Shown here: one piece after another, positions 1 through 8,814 of the stretch
How the letters are laid out: each line of letters starts with the position of its first letter
Numbering within the stretch: the stretch's first letter is position 1
IMG/VR virus record: IMGVR_UViG_3300020048_000092
Source of the DNA: an uncultured virus (IMG/VR IMGVR_UViG_3300020048_000092)
Taxonomy: Duplodnaviria; Heunggongvirae; Uroviricota; Caudoviricetes
Strand: one strand, 5' to 3'
DNA length: 20,000 nt
Notes under the pieces: generated by a model
What the model was told of the DNA's origin: nothing
Databases searched by the model: none
The model's input: the letters and a program-made list of their open reading frames with translations, nothing else
Program-made: the position numbers and the translations under genes

Positions 1-2
1 CT

Positions 3-812
3 AACCGAATCAGTTTCCCGCTGATCGGTAGAAAAAAATACCATCAGGGTGGTAAAGGTTTTTGGAATTGCCCAACGGTAGCCCAGCTTGAAGATGCTAT
101 TGCTTCTGGAGCAGACTATTTCCAGGTGATGGTGCCCATCAAAGATGAATTCCGACTCCATGTTTTTGGTGACAAAGTAATTCATGCTGTTAAAAAAGTC
201 AAACGCACAGAAGAAGAGTTCGAAAATGCGTTTGTTGAAGATGAATTGGCCCGGCAGAAAAGTTTGGCAGAAAAGAATAAAGATCCCTTTGACGAAGCTA
301 CTGCAAGAATGATGTTGAAAAGACAAGCTAAAAATGCGGCAGCCGGCGGGGCAAATATGTTGATTCGATCCAATCGAATGGGATGGAAATTTTCAATCAT
401 CAAAAAATGTGATGTTGAAATGGCCAAAATTGCTATTGCCGCAGTAAAAGCATTGGGGTTAGATTTCGGAGCCGTTGATTGTTGTACTGATACCAATGGT
501 AACATGTTTATTTTTGAAGTTAATTCTGGCCCTGGATTGGAGGCTACTTCTTTTGATAAGTATGTAGAAGCTTTTGAAGAAGTAATTGCTAAATTTGGTA
601 AAGTTGAAGTTGCACCACCTGTCGTAGCAGATGCAAAAATTACCAAGCCTGTAAAAGGAACTGTTGAAGTAGAAGCTCCAATTGTCGGCGAAAGGGCTTT
701 TATGCAACTTCAGCTGTCCAGATTGCAGGAAATGTTAAAGGAAGCAGACGATGCGGACCTTGCCACAATTAAAACGCTGGGAGCCAAACTCATATTCGGA
801 AAAAATTCCTAA
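3..812 (+). CDS. ATP-grasp (RimK-like) ligase, 5'-truncated by the window edge
   Basis: Frame is open from position 3 (NRISFPLIGRKKYHQGGKGFW...), upstream of the ORF-track start. ATP-grasp motifs EFRLHVFG, GLDFGAVD, FIFEVNSGPGL. Confidence 0.85.
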   Translation, partial: NRISFPLIGRKKYHQGGKGFWNCPTVAQLEDAIASGADYFQVMVPIKDEFRLHVFGDKVIHAVKKVKRTEEEFENAFVEDELARQKSLAEKNKDPFDEATARMMLKRQAKNAAAGGANMLIRSNRMGWKFSIIKKCDVEMAKIAIAAVKALGLDFGAVDCCTDTNGNMFIFEVNSGPGLEATSFDKYVEAFEEVIAKFGKVEVAPPVVADAKITKPVKGTVEVEAPIVGERAFMQLQLSRLQEMLKEADDADLATIKTLGAKLIFGKNS

Positions 813-1227
813 ATTTAGTGTTGCGCTATCTAACTTCGAAATATCTCAACAGGTAGCGCAACTATTAAATACTAATAATAGATTAATTGTAGAACATGAC
901 ATTAATTCTATTATTACAAGCAGTGTACAGTACTTTATCGAGCTATATGGACCTACTGTCGCTGGTTGTGTGGGTTTGCTACGAGAAGAGAAAATGGATA
1001 AGATAGTGCATTTAAGTACATCTCCTTTATTTAGAAGAAAAGGAATTGGTAAAAAATTATTATTGACAGCTATTGACAATTCCAAAAAAGATGTTATATA
1101 TATGCATGTAAGAGAAGATAATATTGGAAGCCTACAGTTAGTAACTAATGTAGGATTTAAAATAATAGCCTATATACCAAAACACGATTATAATCTGTTT
1201 ACATTGTGTTTATTTAGGAGGAAATAA
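751..1227 (+). CDS. GNAT-family N-acetyltransferase
   Basis: Acetyl-CoA motif A HLSTSPLFRRKGIGKKLL, then V...N..S..L....GF. Start uncertain (62-nt overlap with upstream gene). Confidence 0.85.
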   Translation: MRTLPQLKRWEPNSYSEKIPKFSVALSNFEISQQVAQLLNTNNRLIVEHDINSIITSSVQYFIELYGPTVAGCVGLLREEKMDKIVHLSTSPLFRRKGIGKKLLLTAIDNSKKDVIYMHVREDNIGSLQLVTNVGFKIIAYIPKHDYNLFTLCLFRRK

Positions 1228-1946
1228 TGCTGGTCGGAACCAACCTTAAAGAAGTTAAATATGTTGCTGTAGAAGTAATCAGAAATAATGCTGTAAAAGC
1301 AGCCGACATTGAATGTGGCTTATTCATGGGGATATGCTGTAAAAAGGATACTACGAACAGAGTTCATAAATTTCTGGCTCTACTGACGAATAAAACTTCA
1401 GTTAGACTGTACAATATGTCAGAATATAAAATTGTTACTGTAGATACTGTAGCAGAAACAACGCGTTATATGACAATTTTTACACATGAAGCTCTTGAAC
1501 AAGTTGAAGCGACTACATTGCTGGGTGAACTTACAGTAGTACTTAATAAAGAAGAAAAACTGTACAAGAATGACCCAAATAAAGAATTGATCGATGTAGA
1601 CAAATATACAGACTATCCGAAAGCAATCCTTGAATTTGACAATATTACGCAAGAACGAGCCAATCCTTCAATTGCCGAAAAAGCCGGAGCTTACCATGCT
1701 GGAAATCATTACCCTCCTGCAAATTCGACATCACAAACAACATCTTCTTATGTTGCGGTAGATAAGAAACCAGAAGTTACGGTTATAAAAAGGAAAGGTA
1801 GATTACCTTCAACAGAAACGTTGTTGAAGATGAAGGAATGTGTAAAACTAATAGCATCTGGACAGTTTGTGGTAAAAGCTTTGCCAATTCCGGAATGTGA
1901 TCGATTAACTCAAAAAGGTAAGGATTTTACCATGGTAGTACATTAA
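1227..1946 (+). CDS. hypothetical protein
   Basis: 239-aa ORF, SD AGGAGG, TAATG stop/start overlap with the GNAT gene; no motif recognised. Confidence 0.75.
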   Translation: MLVGTNLKEVKYVAVEVIRNNAVKAADIECGLFMGICCKKDTTNRVHKFLALLTNKTSVRLYNMSEYKIVTVDTVAETTRYMTIFTHEALEQVEATTLLGELTVVLNKEEKLYKNDPNKELIDVDKYTDYPKAILEFDNITQERANPSIAEKAGAYHAGNHYPPANSTSQTTSSYVAVDKKPEVTVIKRKGRLPSTETLLKMKECVKLIASGQFVVKALPIPECDRLTQKGKDFTMVVH

Positions 1947-1960
1947 TAAATAGGAGTTTT

Positions 1961-2950
1961 ATGGGATTTATTGGGCACAAAAATACAAAAGAAAGGATTA
2001 AAGTAGCGATATCTTCTGCAACACAAAGAAATACTGCTATTCCACACATCTTATTGTCCGGAGCCGCTGGTTGTGGAAAAACTACCACAGCCAGGTGGTT
2101 GTCAAGTATTGGTGGATACGAATATTTTCCAGCATCCCCTTTAGAATTAAAAACAAAGAAAAGTGTGTATACACTTCTTGAAAAATTAAATATGACGGGT
2201 TATAATGAGGGCGGTGATCGAATAGGAAAAGTCAAACCTACCATATTATTTTTTGATGAGATTCACCAAATGCCAGTCATAGGACAAGAGATCCTTGGTT
2301 TAGCAATGGAACGTTTTGTTTTAGATGCTGATTTACCTAATAAACTAATATGGTTACCATATTTTACAATAGTGGGTGCTACTACGGATGATGGTAAATT
2401 AACTAAACCATTTAGAGATAGATTTAAGATGAAGTTTGTCTTTGAACCTTATGACGATAAAGATATGATTGACGTGATAAGGTTTCACGTAATAAAAAAT
2501 CAGTTATATATAACTGATGGGGCAATCAGGATCATAGCTTCGCGCAGTAGGGGCGTTCCACGAATAATGGTAAATTATCTCGAAACTATTAGAGATATAA
2601 TGTTGTCTGAAAATGCTACGATAATAACAGAAGAACTGGTTTTATTAGCATTCGATATAATGGGTGTTGATGATACTGGATTGACTAAAATAGAGATAAA
2701 AATACTTAAGTCATTAATGGAAGCTCAAGTACCAATTGGTCTTGATAACTTATCCATAACGACCAATGAGTCTAATACAACAATTTCACAAAGTATTGAA
2801 CCATTTTTGATACGAAGAGAACTTGTTGTAAGAACAGGCAAAGGCAGAACCATAACTGAAAAAGGACGTAAGTACTTAGAAGATCATGGGTATACATCAA
2901 ACAAAGTATCAGCCAAGAAGTATATTGATGTAGCTTATGAAAGAGGTTAA
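1961..2950 (+). CDS. ruvB: Holliday junction branch-migration ATPase RuvB
   Basis: Walker A GAAGCGKTT, Walker B ILFFDEIH, FTIVGATT..G.LTKPFRDRF, SRGVPRI, C-terminal IEPFL....RTGKGR. Confidence 0.93.
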   Translation: MGFIGHKNTKERIKVAISSATQRNTAIPHILLSGAAGCGKTTTARWLSSIGGYEYFPASPLELKTKKSVYTLLEKLNMTGYNEGGDRIGKVKPTILFFDEIHQMPVIGQEILGLAMERFVLDADLPNKLIWLPYFTIVGATTDDGKLTKPFRDRFKMKFVFEPYDDKDMIDVIRFHVIKNQLYITDGAIRIIASRSRGVPRIMVNYLETIRDIMLSENATIITEELVLLAFDIMGVDDTGLTKIEIKILKSLMEAQVPIGLDNLSITTNESNTTISQSIEPFLIRRELVVRTGKGRTITEKGRKYLEDHGYTSNKVSAKKYIDVAYERG

Positions 2951-2955
2951 AAGTT

Positions 2956-3747
2956 ATGGATTTTAAATATGATATAATATCAACCAAAAGTATAGAAAGT
3001 AGTACTGAATTGCCGAAGTATTTTCTAGGTTCAACGGCTAAAGAGGCCGAAAATACTTTTGAGGGGTTTAAGTCTTATATAAACAACATAGCCAATACAT
3101 ACGCAAGTGCCAGTAACATATCTAAGGATGATCTCTTCAGTGAATGTGTTATAGCACTTGCAAAAGCAAAGAAAGACTTCGATCCTGAAAGAGGCTCTGA
3201 TTTCAGATCTTACGCTAAATATATAATTGTTGATGCTTTAAATGAATTTGTGAGAAAAAACAAGTCTATAGTTCAAGTACCTTCTTACATCAACAAAGCT
3301 AATAAAACCATAAACAAATTGAAAAATTTATTTAATAACGATAGTTTGTGGTATAGTTTAGCGTTTAATAACGAATATGATCCAAAAGGAGATATCGAAC
3401 ATAATAAAAAAGTTCTACATAATGCAGCGAAGAGATCTAAAATAACATGTGAAGAGCTAATAGAGCGATCTGAATTTTTACCATTCATAGATCATAGTAA
3501 CGATTTTGCACACTACACTGATACAGAACCGATGGATAACGCAGATGCTGTTATAGCAAAAGTTGTGGTAGATAAAATACTTTGTATCCTATCAGAAAGT
3601 GAACAAAGAGTAGCGGAGTTATTAATGACTGGGCTAAACAAAACAGAAATTGCAAAGACGATAGGTAAATCAGATCAATTTGTTAGCGATAGGATACTCG
3701 CAATAAAAAGCAAGGTATTAAACATGATAACAGGAGAAAGGAAATAA
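2956..3747 (+). CDS. RNA polymerase sigma-70-family factor
   Basis: Region 2 DDLFSE...AL.KA..DFDPERGSDFRSYA..I; region 4 HTH LSESEQRV....GLNKTEIAKTIGKS. Confidence 0.85.
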   Translation: MDFKYDIISTKSIESSTELPKYFLGSTAKEAENTFEGFKSYINNIANTYASASNISKDDLFSECVIALAKAKKDFDPERGSDFRSYAKYIIVDALNEFVRKNKSIVQVPSYINKANKTINKLKNLFNNDSLWYSLAFNNEYDPKGDIEHNKKVLHNAAKRSKITCEELIERSEFLPFIDHSNDFAHYTDTEPMDNADAVIAKVVVDKILCILSESEQRVAELLMTGLNKTEIAKTIGKSDQFVSDRILAIKSKVLNMITGERK

Positions 3748-3754
3748 GTGAAAT

Positions 3755-5152
3755 ATGAATACTATAGAAGTACTACGTAAGTTTGAAAAAGATACTAGAA
3801 GTACTTACAATACAGAAGTCTATATAACTGGCGGTTTTGTAAGAGATTTACTTAGAAAAAAGAAAAACACTGACCTGGATGTAGTCGTAAGATTTGTTCC
3901 ATTAGATGATATCCAGAAATATCTAAGTGCATTTGGAAAAGCTAAAAAGATAACCCTATCTCAGCATAATGGTGTGTCTGAAACAACATTTGTATCATTT
4001 AGGGCTGATGGCGATGAAATGGAAGCGCAAATATCTAGTCCAAAAGGTGTAAAGCGGGGGAGCTCCGATATAAAAGCTACTTTAAAGCAAGACAGTAGTC
4101 AAAGGGATTTTACTATTAATGCAATGTATATTCCCATAAGTAGGATTTCTACAAAAAATGTTATTGATTATTGGGGCGGTAAAAATGATATAGCAGGAAG
4201 GCAACTGTTGACTATTGGTTCTGCTAAAGCTAGATTTACACAATCACCAATAAGAGTAATGCGTGCATTTGCATTAGCAAGTCGCTTAAACTACAATATA
4301 GCTGGTCACGTAAAAGCGGCCATAGTAGAGAACGCTTATTTGTTAAAAAGTGTTCCACAAGAAGCAATAAGAGCAGAATTTGAAGAAATTTTATTGAGTC
4401 AAAAACCATCCGTGTGTCTTAAAATGATGCAAAAGTTAGGAGTATTAAAAGTAATACTTCCTGAGCTAAATGATTGTGCATACTGTGTTCAAGATAAAAA
4501 ATATCATAAGTATAATGTATTTAATCACTTAGTCTATACATGCGACTATAGTGAACCGAATTTAATTTTACGATTGGCCGGCCTTTTTCATGATATAGGC
4601 AAACCGATATCCAAAAGTGATGGTTCTTCTGAGAAGATAACCTTTCATAAGCATGAGGTGATCGGGGCAAGACTAGCAGCAGTAATTTTAAAAAGGCTTT
4701 GCTTCGACAACAAAACAATAGAGGAAGTTACTCATTTAATACGCATGCATATGTACCATTACACCAGGGAGTATACCGACGCTGGTGTTAGGCGTTTTAT
4801 AGCTAACGCAAAAATGACTGAAAAAGATGTTGAAAACGTCGGAGAATTTCCTCTTTTTAAATTGAGGATTGCTGAAAGATTGGGTAATGGATTTAAAAAG
4901 CAACCAATTACACCAAGGCAAAAGGATTTTGAAGATAGGATACAAAAAGTCTACAAAAACAGTACTGGATTAACCATCAGTGATTTGGCTATTGACGGTA
5001 ATGATTTAATTGAAACATTCTCAATGAAACCATCAAGAGATATAGGGATAGTATTAAATTATTTACTTAATCTTATCTTAGAAGAACCATTTCTTAACGA
5101 GAGGAGTGCTCTTTTACATTGTGCTCTTGATTTCATGGAGTCTAAGAAGTAG
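3755..5152 (+). CDS. cca: class II tRNA nucleotidyltransferase (CCA-adding family) with HD domain, divergent active-site motifs
   Basis: GGFVRDLL...DLDV, RDFTINAM, DYWGG..D, IRAEFEEIL; HD domain HKYNVFNH...LFHDIGK...FHKHEVIGA; C-terminal LAIDGNDL. Confidence 0.88.
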   Translation: MNTIEVLRKFEKDTRSTYNTEVYITGGFVRDLLRKKKNTDLDVVVRFVPLDDIQKYLSAFGKAKKITLSQHNGVSETTFVSFRADGDEMEAQISSPKGVKRGSSDIKATLKQDSSQRDFTINAMYIPISRISTKNVIDYWGGKNDIAGRQLLTIGSAKARFTQSPIRVMRAFALASRLNYNIAGHVKAAIVENAYLLKSVPQEAIRAEFEEILLSQKPSVCLKMMQKLGVLKVILPELNDCAYCVQDKKYHKYNVFNHLVYTCDYSEPNLILRLAGLFHDIGKPISKSDGSSEKITFHKHEVIGARLAAVILKRLCFDNKTIEEVTHLIRMHMYHYTREYTDAGVRRFIANAKMTEKDVENVGEFPLFKLRIAERLGNGFKKQPITPRQKDFEDRIQKVYKNSTGLTISDLAIDGNDLIETFSMKPSRDIGIVLNYLLNLILEEPFLNERSALLHCALDFMESKK

Positions 5153-5171
5153 TCAAACAAGAAATTAGTGA

Positions 5172-5717
5172 GGAGAGGGTAGTGAAGTAAAACTATTACA
5201 TGGGTATTCCCATGTGATTTAACATAACAGTGATAGGTTTTTTTGGGGGCAATACGGTTATTATATAGTACCATCTACTCTGATGCGGAACCAAATAACT
5301 ATAAAAAAGCCATAAAAATATTGAAACATACACCAGGACATGATGTAATACATTTGTTTACAACCTGCTTTAGGGGGTTTGCTGTCGATACTGTCCTCCA
5401 ATTAACTGCAAAAAATCGACACTACAAATGTGTATAACTGTGGTTCAAGTCCACAGCAATATCTAGAAAACGCCTATTACTTAAGGAGATAGTGGTTCAT
5501 CCCGCTATCTTCACAAGATGCTTATAAGTTGTAGAAAGTACTAAGAAGCCGTTCCCCTTAGTAGCGAAAAGCAAAGTAGATAATATTTCGAAACACTGAT
5601 TAGTGAAAATAGACATAACCGCTGTATGTACTAACTCTACAATTAGACTCTTAAGTTCGAGTGGGTGGTTGGTGGGAAAACTTATAAGTATTGATTAATT
5701 AAAAACTGTTCTTCTCC
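5172..5717 (+). ncRNA. putative large structured ncRNA (~550 nt), family unassigned
   Basis: No credible ORF. Terminal helix 5172-5183/5705-5717; internal helices 5195-5204/5209-5218, 5236-5244/5303-5311, 5485-5495/5502-5512, 5518-5530/5679-5691; T-arm CTGTGG-TTCAAGT-CCACAG 5438-5456. G-U pairs favour the + strand. Confidence 0.65.
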
Positions 5718-5724
5718 CTTTTTA

Positions 5725-5795
5725 GTAAAGAACCGAATTCAGTGGTTAATCACTTTATGATATTATTATACCATTGATATAAGCTTGTTCTTTAC
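5725..5795 (+). ncRNA. Y-RNA/stem-bulge-like element, copy 1
   Basis: GTAAAGAAC-C-GAA ... CTT-GTTCTTTAC; upper stem TCAGTGGT/ACCATTGA followed by TAATC. Confidence 0.7.
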
Positions 5796-5833
5796 AAAGG
5801 TTCCATTTGATGTATTTCTCCTCCTTTTTTAAC

Positions 5834-5863
5834 GTGGGCAGTGGTAATCGTGCTGCTGTCCAC
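5834..5863 (+). other. 13-bp GC-rich hairpin
   Basis: GTGGGCAGTGGTA-ATCG-TGCTGCTGTCCAC; no U-tract on the + strand. Confidence 0.5.
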
Positions 5864-5974
5864 AAAAGTACAAATCGGGGTCCACAGTTTTAAAAACAAC
5901 TTACTGTAAATAGGGCTTAACTGTGCTCTTCAAAGGACCCCCACTTTAAACAATTTTTTTAGAAAGGCACAAAT

Positions 5975-6412
5975 ATGTTTAATTCTATTTTTAATGATTT
6001 TTATGCTGACGAAGAAAGACAAGGTTTTCTTTCTGAACTACGTGATGCGAATGATTGTAAAGAAATTCCAGATGATTCAGTACAGTATTTAGCTAACGAA
6101 GACGATTTTATTGTTAATCGTCGTGATCCAGAACTACGTAATAAATACAACTATTATAACGATGTAGATATGCCAGAAGAAGATAACAATATCCTAGAAG
6201 TAGCAGTGGCTGTAGGAATTATTGGTGGTATTCTTGATGAAAATGCGCCTGTTCCGGCCCAACAAAAAATATCGATGAAACAAGCACTTATTGCTGCCAA
6301 AGAACAAACACCGGTTTTAAGACGAAAAAGTGTAAAACGTGTATTATCTCCATTTGAACAATGGGTCGATGACGTTCTTTCTGGTAAAAAATTATATTCT
6401 GACGAACTTTAA
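5975..6412 (+). CDS. hypothetical acidic protein
   Basis: 145-aa ORF with SD-like GAAAGG. Confidence 0.7.
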   Translation: MFNSIFNDFYADEERQGFLSELRDANDCKEIPDDSVQYLANEDDFIVNRRDPELRNKYNYYNDVDMPEEDNNILEVAVAVGIIGGILDENAPVPAQQKISMKQALIAAKEQTPVLRRKSVKRVLSPFEQWVDDVLSGKKLYSDEL

Positions 6413-6420
6413 GGAAGCTT

Positions 6421-7173
6421 ATGCATATAAGTATTATTGGAAAACCTGGGTCAAAAGCGATATCTAAAATAGTAAGGACTACCCCATTGACCAGGTATAG
6501 TAGCAGATGTGAACTAATAGTTAATTATGGTTTGGCCGGGGAAAGATTACAGAACTTTAAAGGTAATCACCCTGGATACCATAAAAAACTAATAATGAAT
6601 GCCAAAGTAGGTCTTACAAAATACAAAGGTGTAATGATTGCTTCGGAATTAGGCATTCAAGTTCCTAAAACTTTTCTTAATCTACCAAAAGGCGCTAAAC
6701 CAGCAAACTTTTTGTTGAAAAGGATGCATTCACAAGGTGGAGTAGGAATTAAAGTAGCCAAGTCTTTTGATAAACCACTTAACACTTATTATCAAGAATT
6801 CATTACCAATAGGCGATACGAGTTAAGAGTGCATGGCTTTATGTGGGAAGATCCTAAAAAATGGGTGATTCAGAAAAGATTAGGTAGAGAAGGGGAGATT
6901 ACCTGGAACTTTCACAATGGTGGTAGATTTCAGACAATACATAACACAAATCTCGACATTTTCAATGCAGCCAAAAAAGCTACAGAGCAAATTCTAAACG
7001 CAATGGGTATGTCTTTTGGCGCCGCAGATTTTATCGTGACAAATGATAATCAGTTGCTGTTTCTTGAAATGAACTCTGCGCCAGGATTTACTGAATTTAG
7101 TGAACAAATTTACATCAATGCATTTACTAATTTGAGCAACCTGGATAAAATAAAAATACGAAAATATTGTTAA
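6421..7173 (+). CDS. second ATP-grasp (RimK-like) ligase
   Basis: HSQGGVGI, YYQEFI...YELRVH, WNFHNGG, FGAADF, FLEMNSAPG. Confidence 0.85.
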   Translation: MHISIIGKPGSKAISKIVRTTPLTRYSSRCELIVNYGLAGERLQNFKGNHPGYHKKLIMNAKVGLTKYKGVMIASELGIQVPKTFLNLPKGAKPANFLLKRMHSQGGVGIKVAKSFDKPLNTYYQEFITNRRYELRVHGFMWEDPKKWVIQKRLGREGEITWNFHNGGRFQTIHNTNLDIFNAAKKATEQILNAMGMSFGAADFIVTNDNQLLFLEMNSAPGFTEFSEQIYINAFTNLSNLDKIKIRKYC

Positions 7174-7190
7174 TGAAAGGATTATGTTAG

Positions 7191-7967
7191 ATGACAGATA
7201 TTGCTATTCCAGATAGTGGTGTAATCATAAAACCAGCCACGAAGCCACATTGTTATGCCATGCCGTTTGGTATGGCTTTTGTTTCAAAAAATAATGAACA
7301 GGTTTGTTGCTTTGTGACATGTAGAGACTATCTACATGACATTATACGCACATATGTAAATGAAAAGAAGCGTTACAGAGGTGATGGACACCCATACTAC
7401 CCAGAACTAGGTCATCCGGACATCTATATGGATGAACTCCGTTTACTGTTGTTAATCGAAAATAGTTTTGACGATAAATACGTTGTACAAGCTATTAAAC
7501 TTATCAATGCGTTTGAAAAATATGGGAGAATGCGTCAAACAACAATAGAAAAAGTTAAAATTAAAGGTGATAAGACCCAGTGTAAATATTTCTTACTGAA
7601 AGGAAGCAAAGAATATATGCATAATCCGCATCTTCTTTCAGCGCTCACTCTGACAATGAGATTTTGTATCGCCAATGGTAAGACTATTGATGTAAAAAAT
7701 GAATACTCATTGGTAAAGAGTTATAATCATTCTACAATGGTACACGATAACTATTTAATGACAGACTGTCACAAATATTTACACTACGTATTTAAAAGAA
7801 GAAAGTATTTGTTTAAAGGCATAAGTCTGAAAGAACTATTTCCACTTAGGCATGATTTTTCATTTCATTCTAGCGGTGGTATTCAGATGTTATGTCGAAC
7901 CAAGACTTTGAACACTGAAGTAAATGTACGAATGCAAAAGTTAAAACAAAAAGTAGATAATAAATAA
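7191..7967 (+). CDS. hypothetical protein
   Basis: 258-aa ORF with SD AAAGGA; contains CRDYLHD; no function recognised. Confidence 0.75.
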   Translation: MTDIAIPDSGVIIKPATKPHCYAMPFGMAFVSKNNEQVCCFVTCRDYLHDIIRTYVNEKKRYRGDGHPYYPELGHPDIYMDELRLLLLIENSFDDKYVVQAIKLINAFEKYGRMRQTTIEKVKIKGDKTQCKYFLLKGSKEYMHNPHLLSALTLTMRFCIANGKTIDVKNEYSLVKSYNHSTMVHDNYLMTDCHKYLHYVFKRRKYLFKGISLKELFPLRHDFSFHSSGGIQMLCRTKTLNTEVNVRMQKLKQKVDNK

Positions 7968-7975
7968 TTTTTAGA

Positions 7976-8320
7976 TGTAAAGAAGTAAAATGATTTAAAC
8001 AGTACATATAGAATATCAAAACTATTTGTATTGAATTCGTCCTTAATGTAAATATATTGCCGGAACTGCGCCATATATTAACTTTTGGATGAGTTGTGCC
8101 AAACGCGATTATTTTTCACTGGCAGCGCCAACGAAAATTATCGTAAAGTTGGAAAGCGTATAATTACTTTGTGAACTATATAGAATGATTCTATCATCAT
8201 ACGGTAATTAACACTTGAAAACGAGATCGCGTGGGATGGTGGGTGGGGCACTTTTAAGTTAGTACTAGTTAGTGAAAGAGCTGCTAAACTAATAATAATA
8301 ATAATAGTAGTTCTTTCACA
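7976..8320 (+). ncRNA. putative structured ncRNA (~345 nt), family unassigned
   Basis: Closing helix TGTAAAGAA/TTCTTTCACA; nested helices 8034-8042/8087-8095, 8051-8057/8073-8079, 8096-8100/8247-8251, 8103-8110/8225-8232, 8161-8167/8204-8210. Confidence 0.6.
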
Positions 8321-8361
8321 CAAGTTTATTTTATTAATGTAACCTCATTATAAAATATTAG

Positions 8362-8413
8362 CAGAAAAATTAATTTTTCTGTATTGACATTTGGAAAAGG
8401 TGTATTATATTAT
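8362..8413 (+). promoter_or_regulatory. sigma70-type promoter preceded by a perfect 20-bp palindrome
   Basis: CAGAAAAATTAATTTTTCTG (8362-8381), TTGACA (8384-8389), TATATT or TATTAT at 16 or 18 nt spacing; lies at the head of the tRNA array. Confidence 0.65.
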
Positions 8414-8448
8414 ATGATACATTAAACAATATTTTAACAAGGAGTTTT

Positions 8449-8625
8449 ATGTCCATTGTAATTGAAAAAAACAGAGTTCAGATGAAAGCAGCAGACGATC
8501 CAAAAGATTCTTGTGTAGGTTGTTTTTACAACAAAGAGGATGAAAGTTGCCCCACAATTAAAAAAGGGGCTTGGACAGCGTTATTTTGTGAAATTCATGG
8601 TGCTATGAATTTTAAAGAAGCTTAA
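8449..8625 (+). CDS. small Cys-containing hypothetical protein (58 aa; not in ORF track)
   Basis: SD AAGGAG; MSIVIEKNRVQMKAADDPKDSCVGCFY...C...C. Confidence 0.65.
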   Translation: MSIVIEKNRVQMKAADDPKDSCVGCFYNKEDESCPTIKKGAWTALFCEIHGAMNFKEA

Positions 8626-8634
8626 CACTTAGCT

Positions 8635-8713
8635 GCCGAAGTGGTGGAACGGGATACACACCAGCCTTAGAAGCTGGCGCGAAAGCTTGGGAGTTCAAAT
8701 CTCCCCTTCGGTA
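8635..8713 (+). tRNA. tRNA-Leu(TAG)
   Basis: Acceptor GCCGAAG/CTTCGGT, anticodon arm CCAGC-CTTAGAA-GCTGG, short class II variable arm, T-loop TTCAAAT. Confidence 0.92.
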
Positions 8714-8718
8714 CAAGA

Positions 8719-8790
8719 TATAGAGGACCGAATTTGTTTGGATCATCATGCCAAGATAAAACTCCATTCAAGCTAAACTTGTCCTTTATA
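8719..8790 (+). ncRNA. Y-RNA/stem-bulge-like element, copy 2
   Basis: TATAGAGGAC-C-GAA ... AACTT-GTCCTTTATA; upper stem TTGTTTGGA/TCCATTCAA followed by TCATC. Confidence 0.72.
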
Positions 8791-8814
8791 AAACAAAAAA
8801 AGAAAGGAATCATT

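Noticed and set aside
5245..5460. tmRNA: GGGGGCAATACGGT start, tag-like frame ATTAACT-GCA AAA AAT CGA CAC TAC AAA TGT GTA TAA, and a T-arm
   Set aside because: The T-arm is not followed by a strand complementary to GGGGGCA or by an acceptor end, the span is too short, and the peptide lacks an Ala-rich C-terminus. Kept only as part of the unassigned 550-nt RNA.
8291..8305. (AAT)5 microsatellite
   Set aside because: Short low-complexity run, unremarkable in AT-rich DNA.
7976..8320. RNase P RNA
   Set aside because: No GAGGAAAGUCC or 3' ACAGAA..CGGCUUA consensus; only a loose resemblance to the specificity domain.
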